A stretch of 64,000 bases of DNA from Candidatus Curtissbacteria bacterium. Its GTDB lineage: Bacteria; Patescibacteriota; Microgenomatia; Curtissbacterales; GWA2-41-24. Below the pieces are notes generated by a model. The model made no database searches, was not told the origin of the DNA, and saw only the letters and a list, made by a program, of their open reading frames with translations. This document shows, in pieces, positions 29,703 to 39,173 of the stretch. Location of the stretch: the NCBI GenBank assembly GCA_016198325.1, contig JACQIV010000015.1, positions 1,423 to 65,422 on the forward strand, read 5' to 3'. Every line of letters begins with the position of its first letter. Positions within the stretch are counted from its first letter, which is position 1. Both the position numbers and the translations under genes were made by a program.

Positions 29703-30947
29703 TTAGCCCGAAGAGCGCAAGAAGTTTAGTCTAAACGTTTTATCCCCGAAGTACCCATTCACTTCCGGCCTGATTATATTTGTCCCAAGTAGTTGTGCCG
29801 GATACACCGCATAGTCTCCCCAAACAAGATTTACTTTATCCATAGCGTCAATCAATTTTTCTCTTCTTAAATCGGAAGACAGAAGGGGAGTGGGCAAGTA
29901 CTCTTTTTTTGTAAGCATTGAAAGGGTTATTCCGCAAAAACGAACGTATTCCCCCCTCCAGGTTTCTGTCAGTCGAAGACAAATATCAAAAAGATCCCGG
30001 CCGTCGTCAAGATAATGCTTAAGAGTGATATGTCGCCAAAAGTGATTCTCTGCACCCCGCAAGGCAATGCCTACATACCTGCCCGCCATCTTCATCCGTC
30101 TTGCTTTGGCTGCTGCTTCCTCGCAAAGGTTCCTGATTAACCTTTCAATTTCTTCCTTTTTATATAAATTACGGTGGGTGGTATAAGTCCGACCAACACT
30201 CTTAGCATCAGCAAGCGAGTGAAAAGAATTAACAGGTGAACCGTCGATTCCCCTGGCCAGGTTATATAGATGAGGTCCCCAGAACGGGCCAAAATTGGAA
30301 ATAAGGTAGGGGAGCGGGCAATTCCTCAATTTTGGGAAATTATCAATGCCGAGTGTCCCAAGATGCCTGCCTAAACCATGTCCGAGCCCCAAAACACCTG
30401 TCAGTTCGCATTTGTCTAAAACCTCAAACACACTTTTTTTATCGATATAAATAAGCCCGTCGTACTTAACCAGGGAGCCGCCAAGTTTTGCCAAAAGTCT
30501 GTTGTGGGAAATTCCGATGGAGCAACTCATCCATTCTCCAACTTCCGACCGAAGCCTTTCTTTGATCTCAAAGGCAATGTTCAAAAATCCCCCAAAAAGC
30601 CTCTCGCTCTCGGTGATATCAATAAAGCACTCATCGAGGGAAAAAACTTCACAGACAGGCGAATATGTTTTGCAGATATTTATAAAACGAAAGGTGATAT
30701 CTTCATATTTATCAAAGTCGGCAGGGACGAGGATAATTTTCGCATAATTTTTTTTGGCCTCATGAACGCTCATTCCTGTTTTTATTCCCAGTTTTTTAGC
30801 CTCCACCGATGTTGCAATTAAACAAGTCCTGCCGGTTGCTTTAATAATTCCCACCGGCTTTCCGCGTAATTTTGGATTTGCCTGCTGCTCGGCAGTTGCA
30901 AAGAAACTATTCAAATCTACATGAAGAATTATCCGTTGACTTTCCAT
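29703..30947 (-). CDS. dinB: DNA polymerase IV (Y-family translesion polymerase)
   Basis: N-terminus ILHVDLNSFFATAEQQANPKLRGKPVGI, Y-family palm/fingers, little-finger region. Confidence 0.85.
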   Translation of the reverse strand: MESQRIILHVDLNSFFATAEQQANPKLRGKPVGIIKATGRTCLIATSVEAKKLGIKTGMSVHEAKKNYAKIILVPADFDKYEDITFRFINICKTYSPVCEVFSLDECFIDITESERLFGGFLNIAFEIKERLRSEVGEWMSCSIGISHNRLLAKLGGSLVKYDGLIYIDKKSVFEVLDKCELTGVLGLGHGLGRHLGTLGIDNFPKLRNCPLPYLISNFGPFWGPHLYNLARGIDGSPVNSFHSLADAKSVGRTYTTHRNLYKKEEIERLIRNLCEEAAAKARRMKMAGRYVGIALRGAENHFWRHITLKHYLDDGRDLFDICLRLTETWRGEYVRFCGITLSMLTKKEYLPTPLLSSDLRREKLIDAMDKVNLVWGDYAVYPAQLLGTNIIRPEVNGYFGDKTFRLNFLRSSG

Positions 30948-30957
30948 AGTAAAAAAT

Positions 30958-31389
30958 TTATCTCGTCCATTCCTCTATTGCCGGAGAAAAATCAACCTGA
31001 TAAGCCGGAATGCCCAAAGAGATTCCATAATTAGCAGCAACTTCGTATCGCTTTGGCTTCTTACGGTTTATCTTGAAGATTTTGTTTTTGAAGATAATGT
31101 AGTGCCATTTTTCATTTTTAAAATCCGCATACCAAGCAGAACCATGAGAATAATCCAAGGACTTAGACAGAAGATTCGCCGTCTTTTGCGCGTTAATTTC
31201 CTTGATTTTGACGGTGTGAAGTGTCCAATATTTTAGCCATGGAGTTCCATGTTCTTGTGTTACTTCTTCGATTTTGGTCGAAAGAACCTCGACTTTATCA
31301 AGAAGAGATTTATCAAAAAGGCTTTCTTCAATAATGACACCAGCGTAATCCATATTCACTCCGTACTCATCACCTTTCTCATCCGCCAA
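30958..31389 (-). CDS. hypothetical protein, first gene upstream of dinB
   Basis: 143-aa ORF 10 bp upstream of dinB start on the same strand; no recognised domain. Confidence 0.35.
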   Translation of the reverse strand: MADEKGDEYGVNMDYAGVIIEESLFDKSLLDKVEVLSTKIEEVTQEHGTPWLKYWTLHTVKIKEINAQKTANLLSKSLDYSHGSAWYADFKNEKWHYIIFKNKIFKINRKKPKRYEVAANYGISLGIPAYQVDFSPAIEEWTR

Positions 31390-31625
31390 GAGTGCGTGGA
31401 AGTATTATATTCAAGTTCATAATTTGCATTTTCTCCTCTACAAACCAACCCCAAAATTTTTTCATGGCCGACACGCCTGCTGCTTGAAAAAATTAACTTA
31501 TCAAGCCTTATAAGCCGTCGTCTCCAGGAAACAGCAATTGGAAAAATAGAGGTTCCATTAACCGGAGTTTCATCAAAAAAAGCCCACACCTTAATTTTTT
31601 CATTAATTAACACATCACTCGTCAT
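31356..31625 (-). CDS. hypothetical protein (overlaps the downstream ORF by 34 nt in another frame)
   Basis: 89-aa ORF; may be the N-terminal part of one frameshifted gene together with 30958..31389. Confidence 0.3.
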   Translation of the reverse strand: MTSDVLINEKIKVWAFFDETPVNGTSIFPIAVSWRRRLIRLDKLIFSSSRRVGHEKILGLVCRGENANYELEYNTSTHSWRMRKVMSTE

Positions 31626-31654
31626 ATTTTACGAAGCTTAAGAAGCTAAGATTG

Positions 31655-31683
31655 ATTATAACCGAAGAAAACCCGAATATCAA
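31655..31683 (-). promoter_or_regulatory. sigma70-like promoter of the dinB operon (minus strand: TTGATA-17-TATAAT) with candidate operator TTCGGGTTTTCTTCGG in the spacer
   Basis: -35 = 31678..31683, -10 = 31655..31660 (reverse complement); 16-mer at 31662..31677 resembles the one in the lexA promoter. Confidence 0.4.
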
Positions 31684-31736
31684 CCGGTCAAACCGGGTAA
31701 TTTTCACCAGAAAGCCATATAATTCGCAAAAAGAAT

Positions 31737-32393
31737 ATGTTCCCTATTCGCGACAGCAAAACATCCGGCTCGTTCCCTTTTATCAATTTGGCAATAATCG
31801 CCTTCAACATATACGTTTTTGGCTTAGAGATCCTAGCTCCAAATTCTCAGCTTTTTGTTAGTCAATACGCCCTTATACCCGCACAGGTTACGCTTTTTAA
31901 CCCAAATACCTGGAAACCATTTTTAACCTCAATGTTTCTGCACGCAGGGTTTTTACACATTCTTTCCAATATGTGGTTTCTTTGGATATTCGGGGATAAC
32001 GTCGAAGCAAAAATTGGCCATATTAAATATTTTCTTTTCTACATATTTTGCGGGGTTATGGCGAGTCTTGCCCAATACATATTTATTACAGATTCTGTTC
32101 TTCCGATGATTGGTGCGTCCGGAGCAATTGCCGGAGTACTTGGCGCATACCTTAAATTTTTTCCAAAAAACTCGGTTGACACATTGGTTCCCGTTTTCGG
32201 CCTGCCTTTAATAATCGCAATTCCGGCATCTGTAATGCTCATATATTGGTTCTTTATCCAAGCTTTCAGTGGTTTTGCAAGCGTGGTAGCAGCGACAACT
32301 TCTGTAGGAGGAATAGCTTATCTTGCCCACGCAGGCGGTTTTGCTACAGGTTATCTTTCTTCACCCTCCTTCTTTTGGCAAAAAAGCAGATAA
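31737..32393 (+). CDS. rhomboid-family intramembrane serine protease
   Basis: GASGAIAGVLGAY (GxSG) and AHAGGF (catalytic His) in TM helices. Confidence 0.75.
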   Translation: MFPIRDSKTSGSFPFINLAIIAFNIYVFGLEILAPNSQLFVSQYALIPAQVTLFNPNTWKPFLTSMFLHAGFLHILSNMWFLWIFGDNVEAKIGHIKYFLFYIFCGVMASLAQYIFITDSVLPMIGASGAIAGVLGAYLKFFPKNSVDTLVPVFGLPLIIAIPASVMLIYWFFIQAFSGFASVVAATTSVGGIAYLAHAGGFATGYLSSPSFFWQKSR

Positions 32394-32429
32394 CGTGCAT
32401 AATAGAGGTATAAATCAAAATCTGCTTCA

Positions 32430-33473
32430 ATGCCGGCTTATACTTCTTATAAAAATTACTTAGCCCTTCTTAAGGAAAAAAGCAAACCGCAGTATTTCAA
32501 AAAAAGTCTAAATCTGGTTCTTATAGTTACGGTATTAGCCTTAGGAGTCGTTTCTTCATTAATTATATTGACTGTAAATATCGGCAGAGAAGCCAAATTA
32601 AAAAAAGATTTTGCTCAAACAGCGGTTAATACGTTTACTACCGGCAAAAACACTCTTGCTGATAATTTGGAAAGCTTTCAAATAGCTGGAGCAACAACCA
32701 AATTTCTTGATGAGGTAAAAGAGTCCTCCCAGGCAGCCCAAGGTTATCAGGTTACTATTTCCGAAGAAGATAAAACTATCGCAAAAGCAGAAAATACTAT
32801 ATTACTCCTGGAATCCCAAAAGAGAGATCTTGAAAAACAAACAACTCCTGCGGATCAACAAAAAGTTAAGGAAACCATAATCGAATATTTTAACGAAAGC
32901 ATAAGTGCCCTTACTCAAATCAGGGATGAGCACAAATTTGCCAAGGATTTAATTCTCACGTTAGGTGCTGATTTCTATTTGACAAAATTGACACAGGACG
33001 GTCTTTGGGAACAACAAGACAAAACGAAAGTTATTAATTTTTACAATTCGCAAACAACAGAAGTGCAAAAAACTCAAAGTAAAATAATAATGCTTACCCC
33101 ACCAAGCAATTACCGGTCGTTTTTCAAGCAACAGATTGAATACCTCAAAAGAGTAGAAAACTTATCCCAAAGCATAATCACACTTCTTTCCCAGGAGGAT
33201 TCAAAAGATCCGGACGAAGCAAAACAAATTGAAAAGGCATATCAATTACTACAAACGGCAAAAGAGGAGAGTAACAAGCTTGCAAAAAATCTAATGACAG
33301 AAAGGTTAAGTGCTTTTGAAAAACAGGACAATTTGGCAAAATTTGCCAAAGCTAGAATCTTGGAAAGCGCTATTGAGGACCAGTTGCAAAGTTTGATTCA
33401 GGAAGAGGAATTCAATGCCGCACCAATCATAGAAGCAATAGATAAAATCAAAAATATAATAAGCGTATATTAA
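32430..33473 (+). CDS. hypothetical membrane-anchored coiled-coil protein
   Basis: N-terminal TM helix, Gln/Lys/Glu-rich helical remainder. Confidence 0.35.
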   Translation: MPAYTSYKNYLALLKEKSKPQYFKKSLNLVLIVTVLALGVVSSLIILTVNIGREAKLKKDFAQTAVNTFTTGKNTLADNLESFQIAGATTKFLDEVKESSQAAQGYQVTISEEDKTIAKAENTILLLESQKRDLEKQTTPADQQKVKETIIEYFNESISALTQIRDEHKFAKDLILTLGADFYLTKLTQDGLWEQQDKTKVINFYNSQTTEVQKTQSKIIMLTPPSNYRSFFKQQIEYLKRVENLSQSIITLLSQEDSKDPDEAKQIEKAYQLLQTAKEESNKLAKNLMTERLSAFEKQDNLAKFAKARILESAIEDQLQSLIQEEEFNAAPIIEAIDKIKNIISVY

Positions 33474-33552
33474 ATTCAAATGAAACTTTTTGGGGGGTTT
33501 ACACATACCAAGCAAGCTTTGTTAAAATTACCCAAAGGAGGTGTTTAAATTT

Positions 33553-33765
33553 ATGGATCCTAATGATGCAAATCAAGGTCATGGTATGCCGCAAGGCGAC
33601 CAGCCTGAGCCGACCCAAACTCCTCCAGCACAGGAACCTCCTGCCTCACCTGCGGATGAGCAGCTGCCGCCTCCTGCGCCGGAGACTACGCCTGGGGATG
33701 TGCCAGCTGCTGGCAGTGGGGAACCTGCTCCGGCAGGTAGTCCTACAGACGCTCCCGCCTCTTAA
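33553..33765 (+). CDS. small acidic Pro/Ala/Glu-rich low-complexity protein
   Basis: …PEPTQTPPAQEPPASPADEQLPPPAPETTPGDVPAAGSGEPAPAGSPTDAPAS; markedly GC-rich DNA; AGGAGG upstream. Confidence 0.3.
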   Translation: MDPNDANQGHGMPQGDQPEPTQTPPAQEPPASPADEQLPPPAPETTPGDVPAAGSGEPAPAGSPTDAPAS

Positions 33766-33821
33766 GTTTCGTTGACAGGTAAGCATAAGAATTTCTATCC
33801 TAGTTATTAGGAGAGTATGTT

Positions 33822-34493
33822 TTGACTTTAGCTGTCTTAAGAACGCATTTCAAAATAGCCATTTTTTTGGGGCTAATTGTGCTTTATGGTTCTGGTGCGT
33901 TCCTTCTTGGTAAGTTGGGCTTACCCGATAATCTTAAGCCCAATAATTCTTCAAAAAAGAATAATTTACTCGAAAGTAAAGTCGACAGACCAATTCCTGC
34001 CACTGATATAACTTCGGCAAAAATAATCCCGGCATCTGTTAAGCAATGCGCAAATTCAACATTAGGTTTTGAAATTGTTTATCCAAAAGATTGGTTCACC
34101 ACGTATTCGTCAGAAGATCAAAAATGCTTATACTTTGCTCCTTATTCGTTTGTTATACCCAATAATCATAACAAGCCTCAAGTTCCGATAACCGTAACAG
34201 TAGAAAACCCCGAAAACTGGTCCATGGCGCAAAAGTTTGCTCAGAACCCAAATGACTTTCAGAATATACTCAAATCCGAAATCCTTAATATTAATTCACG
34301 TCCGGTAAATAAAATGGTTGCAGAAAGTACAGGGGAGGGGTCTCAGCCAAAAGGGTTTAAAAAACTTACATACATGGTGTTTGATCCTAAAATACCACTT
34401 ATTTTAATTTACCAACAGAACGAAGAAAAAGAAGATGTTGGGCAAATGGAAATTATCTTGGAGAGTATGGCATCTAGCCTTACATTTAATTAG
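33822..34493 (+). CDS. hypothetical secreted/membrane-anchored protein
   Basis: TTG start after AGGAGAG, N-terminal TM helix. Confidence 0.35.
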   Translation: MTLAVLRTHFKIAIFLGLIVLYGSGAFLLGKLGLPDNLKPNNSSKKNNLLESKVDRPIPATDITSAKIIPASVKQCANSTLGFEIVYPKDWFTTYSSEDQKCLYFAPYSFVIPNNHNKPQVPITVTVENPENWSMAQKFAQNPNDFQNILKSEILNINSRPVNKMVAESTGEGSQPKGFKKLTYMVFDPKIPLILIYQQNEEKEDVGQMEIILESMASSLTFN

Positions 34494-34715
34494 AAAAAAG
34501 AAAAGGCCCCTCTTGCGAGAAGCCCTTCCAAGTCGCTTATCTTGCGATAAGCAAAATACTTTATACTATCCTGCGGAATTTCTGTCAACTACCCAAAATA
34601 CGGCTAAATGCTATACTTTTTAAAAATATATGCGTAAAACTTTTTTTGTACAGACAGAACAAAAGATTGAACTCGATAGGCAAAGAAACTCGAAAGTCGC
34701 GTCCTCGCTATTTTC

Positions 34716-35990
34716 ATGAAGCAGCTCTTGGGAAGAACCGTTTACTCGGTTTCTGAAGTCAATGCCAGAGCAAGACAGGCATTGGAAAATCTTTCATTCT
34801 GGGTCGAGGGCGAAATCTTTTCCCTTAAGGGTATTCACAACCACTACAGATATATATATTTTGACCTGAAAGACCCAACTTCCGGATATAAATTATCCTG
34901 CCTGGTCGAACCGGAAATATTTTTAAACCTAAGCCTTTCGCCACAGGAAGGGGAGAAAGTTTTAGTTTTGGGTAATCTCACGTTATGGGAAAAAGACGGC
35001 AGGTATCAAATGTTTGTTTTTAAAATTGAACAGTTGGGGGAAGGTACTTTAGCCTTGGAACTAGAAGAACTAAAAAACAAACTGGAGGCAAAAGGTTATT
35101 TTAATGTTGAAAACAAAAAAACACTTCCAAGATTTCCACAAAAAATTGCTGTAATTACTTCGGAATTATCCGACGCCTGGCAGGATTTTATGAAACATTC
35201 CGTTGAAAAAGTTCCACTCTCCGTTACCTTCTTCGACGTACTTGTTCAAGGCAATCTTGCAGCGGGGCAAATAAAAGGAGCAATTAAAGAAGCTGACAAA
35301 GAAGGTTTTGACGCAATCGTAATCATCCGGGGTGGCGGGCAACCGGAAGATCTCGCAGCCTTCAATGACGAACTACTTGCGGATTCCATATTTGCCGCAA
35401 AAACTCCAATAATTGTTGGTGTGGGCCACGAAAAGGATGTGACTATCGCTCAACTGGTTGCAGATGTTGCAGCATCTACCCCTACAGATGCTGCCAAAAT
35501 AATTAGTGCAGATTTTATAACGTTAAAAGAACAGCTCGAAAACCATCGCAATCGTATGGCTAGTGTCTATTCATCAACATTTACCAACAATTTCCAATTG
35601 CTTGACATCATTTTTCAGAGGCTGGAAAGACAAAAGGATAAACTTTTAAACATACCCGGGAGATTAAAATTTTTAAGGACAGCCCTTACCATTTCTTATA
35701 ATAATCAAATTGTCAAAAAAGCTGATGACTTATCAAGGCTTAAAACCACACTTGATTCCGTTTGGCACTCAAGTGAAGGAAAATACACAACTAATCTTGC
35801 ATATTTTGAATCTAAATTATCACTACTTTCCCCTCAAAACACCCTCAAGAGAGGCTACAGTATAACGACCACACAAAACGGAAAGATTATAAGAAGTGCG
35901 GAGTCAATTGATGTTGCGAGCAGACTTAAAGTAAAATTTGCAAAGGGTTCCGCTGAAACTAGGGTACTCTCGAAAAATACGGATGGCTAA
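34716..35990 (+). CDS. xseA: exodeoxyribonuclease VII large subunit
   Basis: N-terminal OB-fold …VYSVSEVNARARQALENLSFWVEGEI…, ExoVII catalytic region. Confidence 0.85.
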   Translation: MKQLLGRTVYSVSEVNARARQALENLSFWVEGEIFSLKGIHNHYRYIYFDLKDPTSGYKLSCLVEPEIFLNLSLSPQEGEKVLVLGNLTLWEKDGRYQMFVFKIEQLGEGTLALELEELKNKLEAKGYFNVENKKTLPRFPQKIAVITSELSDAWQDFMKHSVEKVPLSVTFFDVLVQGNLAAGQIKGAIKEADKEGFDAIVIIRGGGQPEDLAAFNDELLADSIFAAKTPIIVGVGHEKDVTIAQLVADVAASTPTDAAKIISADFITLKEQLENHRNRMASVYSSTFTNNFQLLDIIFQRLERQKDKLLNIPGRLKFLRTALTISYNNQIVKKADDLSRLKTTLDSVWHSSEGKYTTNLAYFESKLSLLSPQNTLKRGYSITTTQNGKIIRSAESIDVASRLKVKFAKGSAETRVLSKNTDG

Positions 35991-36174
35991 AGATAATAGT
36001 TTTTCTAAATATATGACAAGACTGGAAGTGATTGTCGCCAGACTGGAAACAGCAGAGCTTGACCTGGAAGAAACAACGGTACTTCTTGCGGAAGGAATGG
36101 AGTTGCACAAAAAGTGTTTAACAAAACTTGAAGCTGCTAAATCTAAAATTGATAAAGTAATTAAGACCAAGTAA
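35983..36174 (+). CDS. xseB: exodeoxyribonuclease VII small subunit
   Basis: …FSKYMTRLEVIVARLETAELDLEETTVLLAEGMELHKKC…; overlaps xseA stop. Confidence 0.75.
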   Translation: MAKDNSFSKYMTRLEVIVARLETAELDLEETTVLLAEGMELHKKCLTKLEAAKSKIDKVIKTK

Positions 36175-36863
36175 TGATCACTGTTCTTCACGGAGAAGAC
36201 GTCGCATCTTCCGATAAGCGGTTAAAAATTATCCTTAAGAATTATTCCCAGAGGACAAAATTATGGTTTCAGCAAAAATCAGACAGCATTAATTTAATTG
36301 AACAGATAAACCAAAGTACACTTTTTGGAGGAGAAAATGTTTACATTTGCCAAAATTATCTTTCACAAAAATTTTTGACCCCAAAACAACTTACCGGAAT
36401 TAATCATGAAACTGTTATCATTTTTTGGGAACAAAAATCATTAAAAAAAACAGATATTTTAAAATTACCTAAAGATGCGAAAATCGAACTGTTCAAGGAA
36501 AAGCAAATAATTTTTTTATTTCTTGATTCAATTTCACCAAATTTGACAAAAACTCTAACTTTCTTAGGTAAAACCGGGGATGAAGATAATGTTGTCTGGA
36601 ACTTAACACAAAGATTTTTAATAATGTTACTTTTAAAACTAGAATTTTCAAAAAGCCAAATAGAAAATTTTACACAAAAAAAGTTACAGGATTGGCAACT
36701 GGACAAAATTTCGTATCAGGCCAGTCTCTTTAATAAAGAAACGCTTTCTGGCATATTTTTCGGCATCCTGAAAATAGATTTTCTTATGAAATCGGGTAAA
36801 ACTGATCTTCCTGCAAAAAATCTTATTGAAATGCTGTTTATCAAGCACCTGAGATCCTCTTAA
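36174..36863 (+). CDS. putative DNA polymerase III delta subunit-like protein (short)
   Basis: N-terminal TVLHGED…STLFGGENVYICQN resembles HolA; only 229 aa. Confidence 0.4.
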   Translation: MITVLHGEDVASSDKRLKIILKNYSQRTKLWFQQKSDSINLIEQINQSTLFGGENVYICQNYLSQKFLTPKQLTGINHETVIIFWEQKSLKKTDILKLPKDAKIELFKEKQIIFLFLDSISPNLTKTLTFLGKTGDEDNVVWNLTQRFLIMLLLKLEFSKSQIENFTQKKLQDWQLDKISYQASLFNKETLSGIFFGILKIDFLMKSGKTDLPAKNLIEMLFIKHLRSS

Positions 36864-36921
36864 ATGCTACAATAAAATCACAAACTGCCCACACCAAAAG
36901 TTGCGGACAGTTCGTCTTTTG

Positions 36922-39168
36922 ATGGAAAATGTTGTTTGGTTTTCAGAAGTTGGCAGGCATGATGTTGGAATTGTCGGTGGAAAAGGTGCAAATTTGGGTG
37001 AATTATATAGTATAGGTGCGCCTGTACCCAACGGCTTTATTATTACAGCTAACTGTTACTTTGAAAATGTTTTATCTTCCGGAGCACTCGACAGGATTAA
37101 GGGAATCCTCTTTGGCCTGGATGTTGAAAATCCGACAGACCTGGCGTCTCGTGCTCTCAAATGCCAGGATGAAATAAAAAAAATAAAACTCAATAATGCC
37201 ACGCTTGCAAAAATTGGTTCATTTTATAAGAAACTTGGCAAAAAACCTCTTGTCGCTGTCAGGTCTTCAGCAACAGCAGAAGACCTGCCGGAAGCCTCTT
37301 TTGCAGGCCAGCAGGCCACCTTCTTAAACATTCGCGGCGAGAAAAATCTGACGGATGCAGTTCTTGCTGCCTGGGCATCCCTCTTCGAACCAAGAGCTAT
37401 TTTCTATAGAGTTCAGAAGAATTTCGACCACTTCAAAGTCGGAATTGCAATCCCCGTTCAACTAATGGTTGAATCGGACTCGTCCGGTGTAATGTTCACT
37501 CTGGACCCAATCACCAACGACAAGCGAAAGATTATTATTGAGGCTATCTATGGCCTGGGCGAGTTGATTGTCCAGGGGGCCGAAACGCCGGATCATTATG
37601 AGGTTTCAAAAAAAGATTACTCCATATTGACCAAAACTTTATCTGCCCAAAACCAGCAGTTGGTAAAAAGGGGCGATAAAAATAAACTTCTAAAAATATC
37701 CAAAAATTTCCAAAAAGAACAAAAATTACCCGATGAAAAGATAATAGAACTTGCCAAAATCGGAGTTAAAATCGAGAAACATTATTTTTTCCCACAAGAT
37801 ATTGAGTGGGCCTATCAGGATGGCAAACTCTTCATCGTTCAAACTAGACCGGTTACAACCATAGCGAAAGAATTACCTAAAAAAGAAGAAAAAAATATAT
37901 TTTCACAGAAAAAAATTCTTCTTCAAGGGGCTCCAGCCTCTCCGACAATAGGCACAGGTCATGTTGTAATCATACATAGTCCTAAGGAAATTTCAAAAGT
38001 AAAAAAAGGTGACGTACTCGTAACCGAAATGACCAACCCTGACTTTGTCCCAGCCATGAAAAGAGCAAATGCGATTGTAACAGACAGAGGAGGGAGAACA
38101 TCTCATGCCGCTATAGTTTCCAGGGAACTTGGTATAGCTTGTGTGGTGGGGGCAGAAAAAGCGACCAAGACGCTCAAAAACGGACAGATCGTCACAGTTA
38201 ACGGAAAAACCGGAATAGTGTACGAAGGCTCCTTACAGCAAAAGTCCAAAGAGCTTGAGAGGGATAACGTAAAACATGCAAACAAAATTAGGAACACAGC
38301 AACCCATCTCTACGTGAATTTGGCAGAACCGTCTCTTGCTCATCAGGTTGCCGCACGAGACGTCGACGGGGTTGGACTGTTAAGAGCAGAATTCATGTAC
38401 GCAGAAATAGGAACCCATCCTAAAAAATTCATAGAGGACAAAAACGAAAACGCATTTATAGAAAAGTTTTCGTCAATGCTTTCTGTATTCGGAAAAGCAT
38501 TCGGCCAGCGGACTGTCATATACAGAGCGAGTGATTTCAAAAGCAACGAATATAGAAATTTAAAAGGTGGCCAAAAATATGAGCCCATAGAATCAAATCC
38601 TATGCTGGGTTATAGAGGTGCTTTCCGATATATAAAAGACCCCGACACTTTTAAATTGGAATTACAGGCAATTAAGTTGGCTCGTAAAAATCACAAAAAC
38701 TTACAACTAATGGTTCCATTTGTCAGAAATGTTAATGAACTAGTTGCTGTAAGAAAAATAGTCGAGGAGATTGGCTTATTCAATGATAAGTCCTTCGAAC
38801 TATATATGATGGTGGAGATTCCGGTGAACATAATCCTATTGGACCAGTTCATTGACGTAGGCATTAACGGTATTTCTATTGGCTCGAACGACCTAACTAT
38901 GCTTATTTTAGGCACTGACCGCGATAACGAAGAAGTAGCGACCGAATTCTACGAATTAAACGAGGCTGTTCTTTGGGCACTGGAAAAGGCAGTCAAAACA
39001 GCAGTAAAAAGAAAAATCAAAGTATCAATTTGCGGACAGGCGCCGTCCGTTTATCCTGACCTTGCAAAAAAGTTGGTATCATGGGGTATTAGCTCTATTT
39101 CTGTCAATCCTGACGTTTTGGAACAAACTAGAGAATTAATTTATCAAGCAGAAAAAGATATTTTGTAA
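36922..39168 (+). CDS. ppsA: phosphoenolpyruvate synthase (pyruvate, water dikinase)
   Basis: ATP-grasp N-terminus, mobile domain GGRTSHAAIVSRELGIACVVG, PEP-utilising C-terminal domain. Confidence 0.85.
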   Translation: MENVVWFSEVGRHDVGIVGGKGANLGELYSIGAPVPNGFIITANCYFENVLSSGALDRIKGILFGLDVENPTDLASRALKCQDEIKKIKLNNATLAKIGSFYKKLGKKPLVAVRSSATAEDLPEASFAGQQATFLNIRGEKNLTDAVLAAWASLFEPRAIFYRVQKNFDHFKVGIAIPVQLMVESDSSGVMFTLDPITNDKRKIIIEAIYGLGELIVQGAETPDHYEVSKKDYSILTKTLSAQNQQLVKRGDKNKLLKISKNFQKEQKLPDEKIIELAKIGVKIEKHYFFPQDIEWAYQDGKLFIVQTRPVTTIAKELPKKEEKNIFSQKKILLQGAPASPTIGTGHVVIIHSPKEISKVKKGDVLVTEMTNPDFVPAMKRANAIVTDRGGRTSHAAIVSRELGIACVVGAEKATKTLKNGQIVTVNGKTGIVYEGSLQQKSKELERDNVKHANKIRNTATHLYVNLAEPSLAHQVAARDVDGVGLLRAEFMYAEIGTHPKKFIEDKNENAFIEKFSSMLSVFGKAFGQRTVIYRASDFKSNEYRNLKGGQKYEPIESNPMLGYRGAFRYIKDPDTFKLELQAIKLARKNHKNLQLMVPFVRNVNELVAVRKIVEEIGLFNDKSFELYMMVEIPVNIILLDQFIDVGINGISIGSNDLTMLILGTDRDNEEVATEFYELNEAVLWALEKAVKTAVKRKIKVSICGQAPSVYPDLAKKLVSWGISSISVNPDVLEQTRELIYQAEKDIL

Positions 39169-39173
39169 GACTT

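Noticed and set aside
33563-33775. Arg/Leu-rich 70-aa ORF in an alternative frame over the GC-rich Pro/Ala-rich mini-gene
   Set aside because: Overlapping frames in a GC-rich low-complexity stretch commonly stay open by chance. Only the AGGAGG-preceded frame was kept, and that only tentatively.
34534-34551. Perfect hairpin GCTTATC-TTGC-GATAAGC after the 33822-34493 gene
   Set aside because: No U-tract follows on either strand, so it is not called a terminator. It is noted only as a palindrome.
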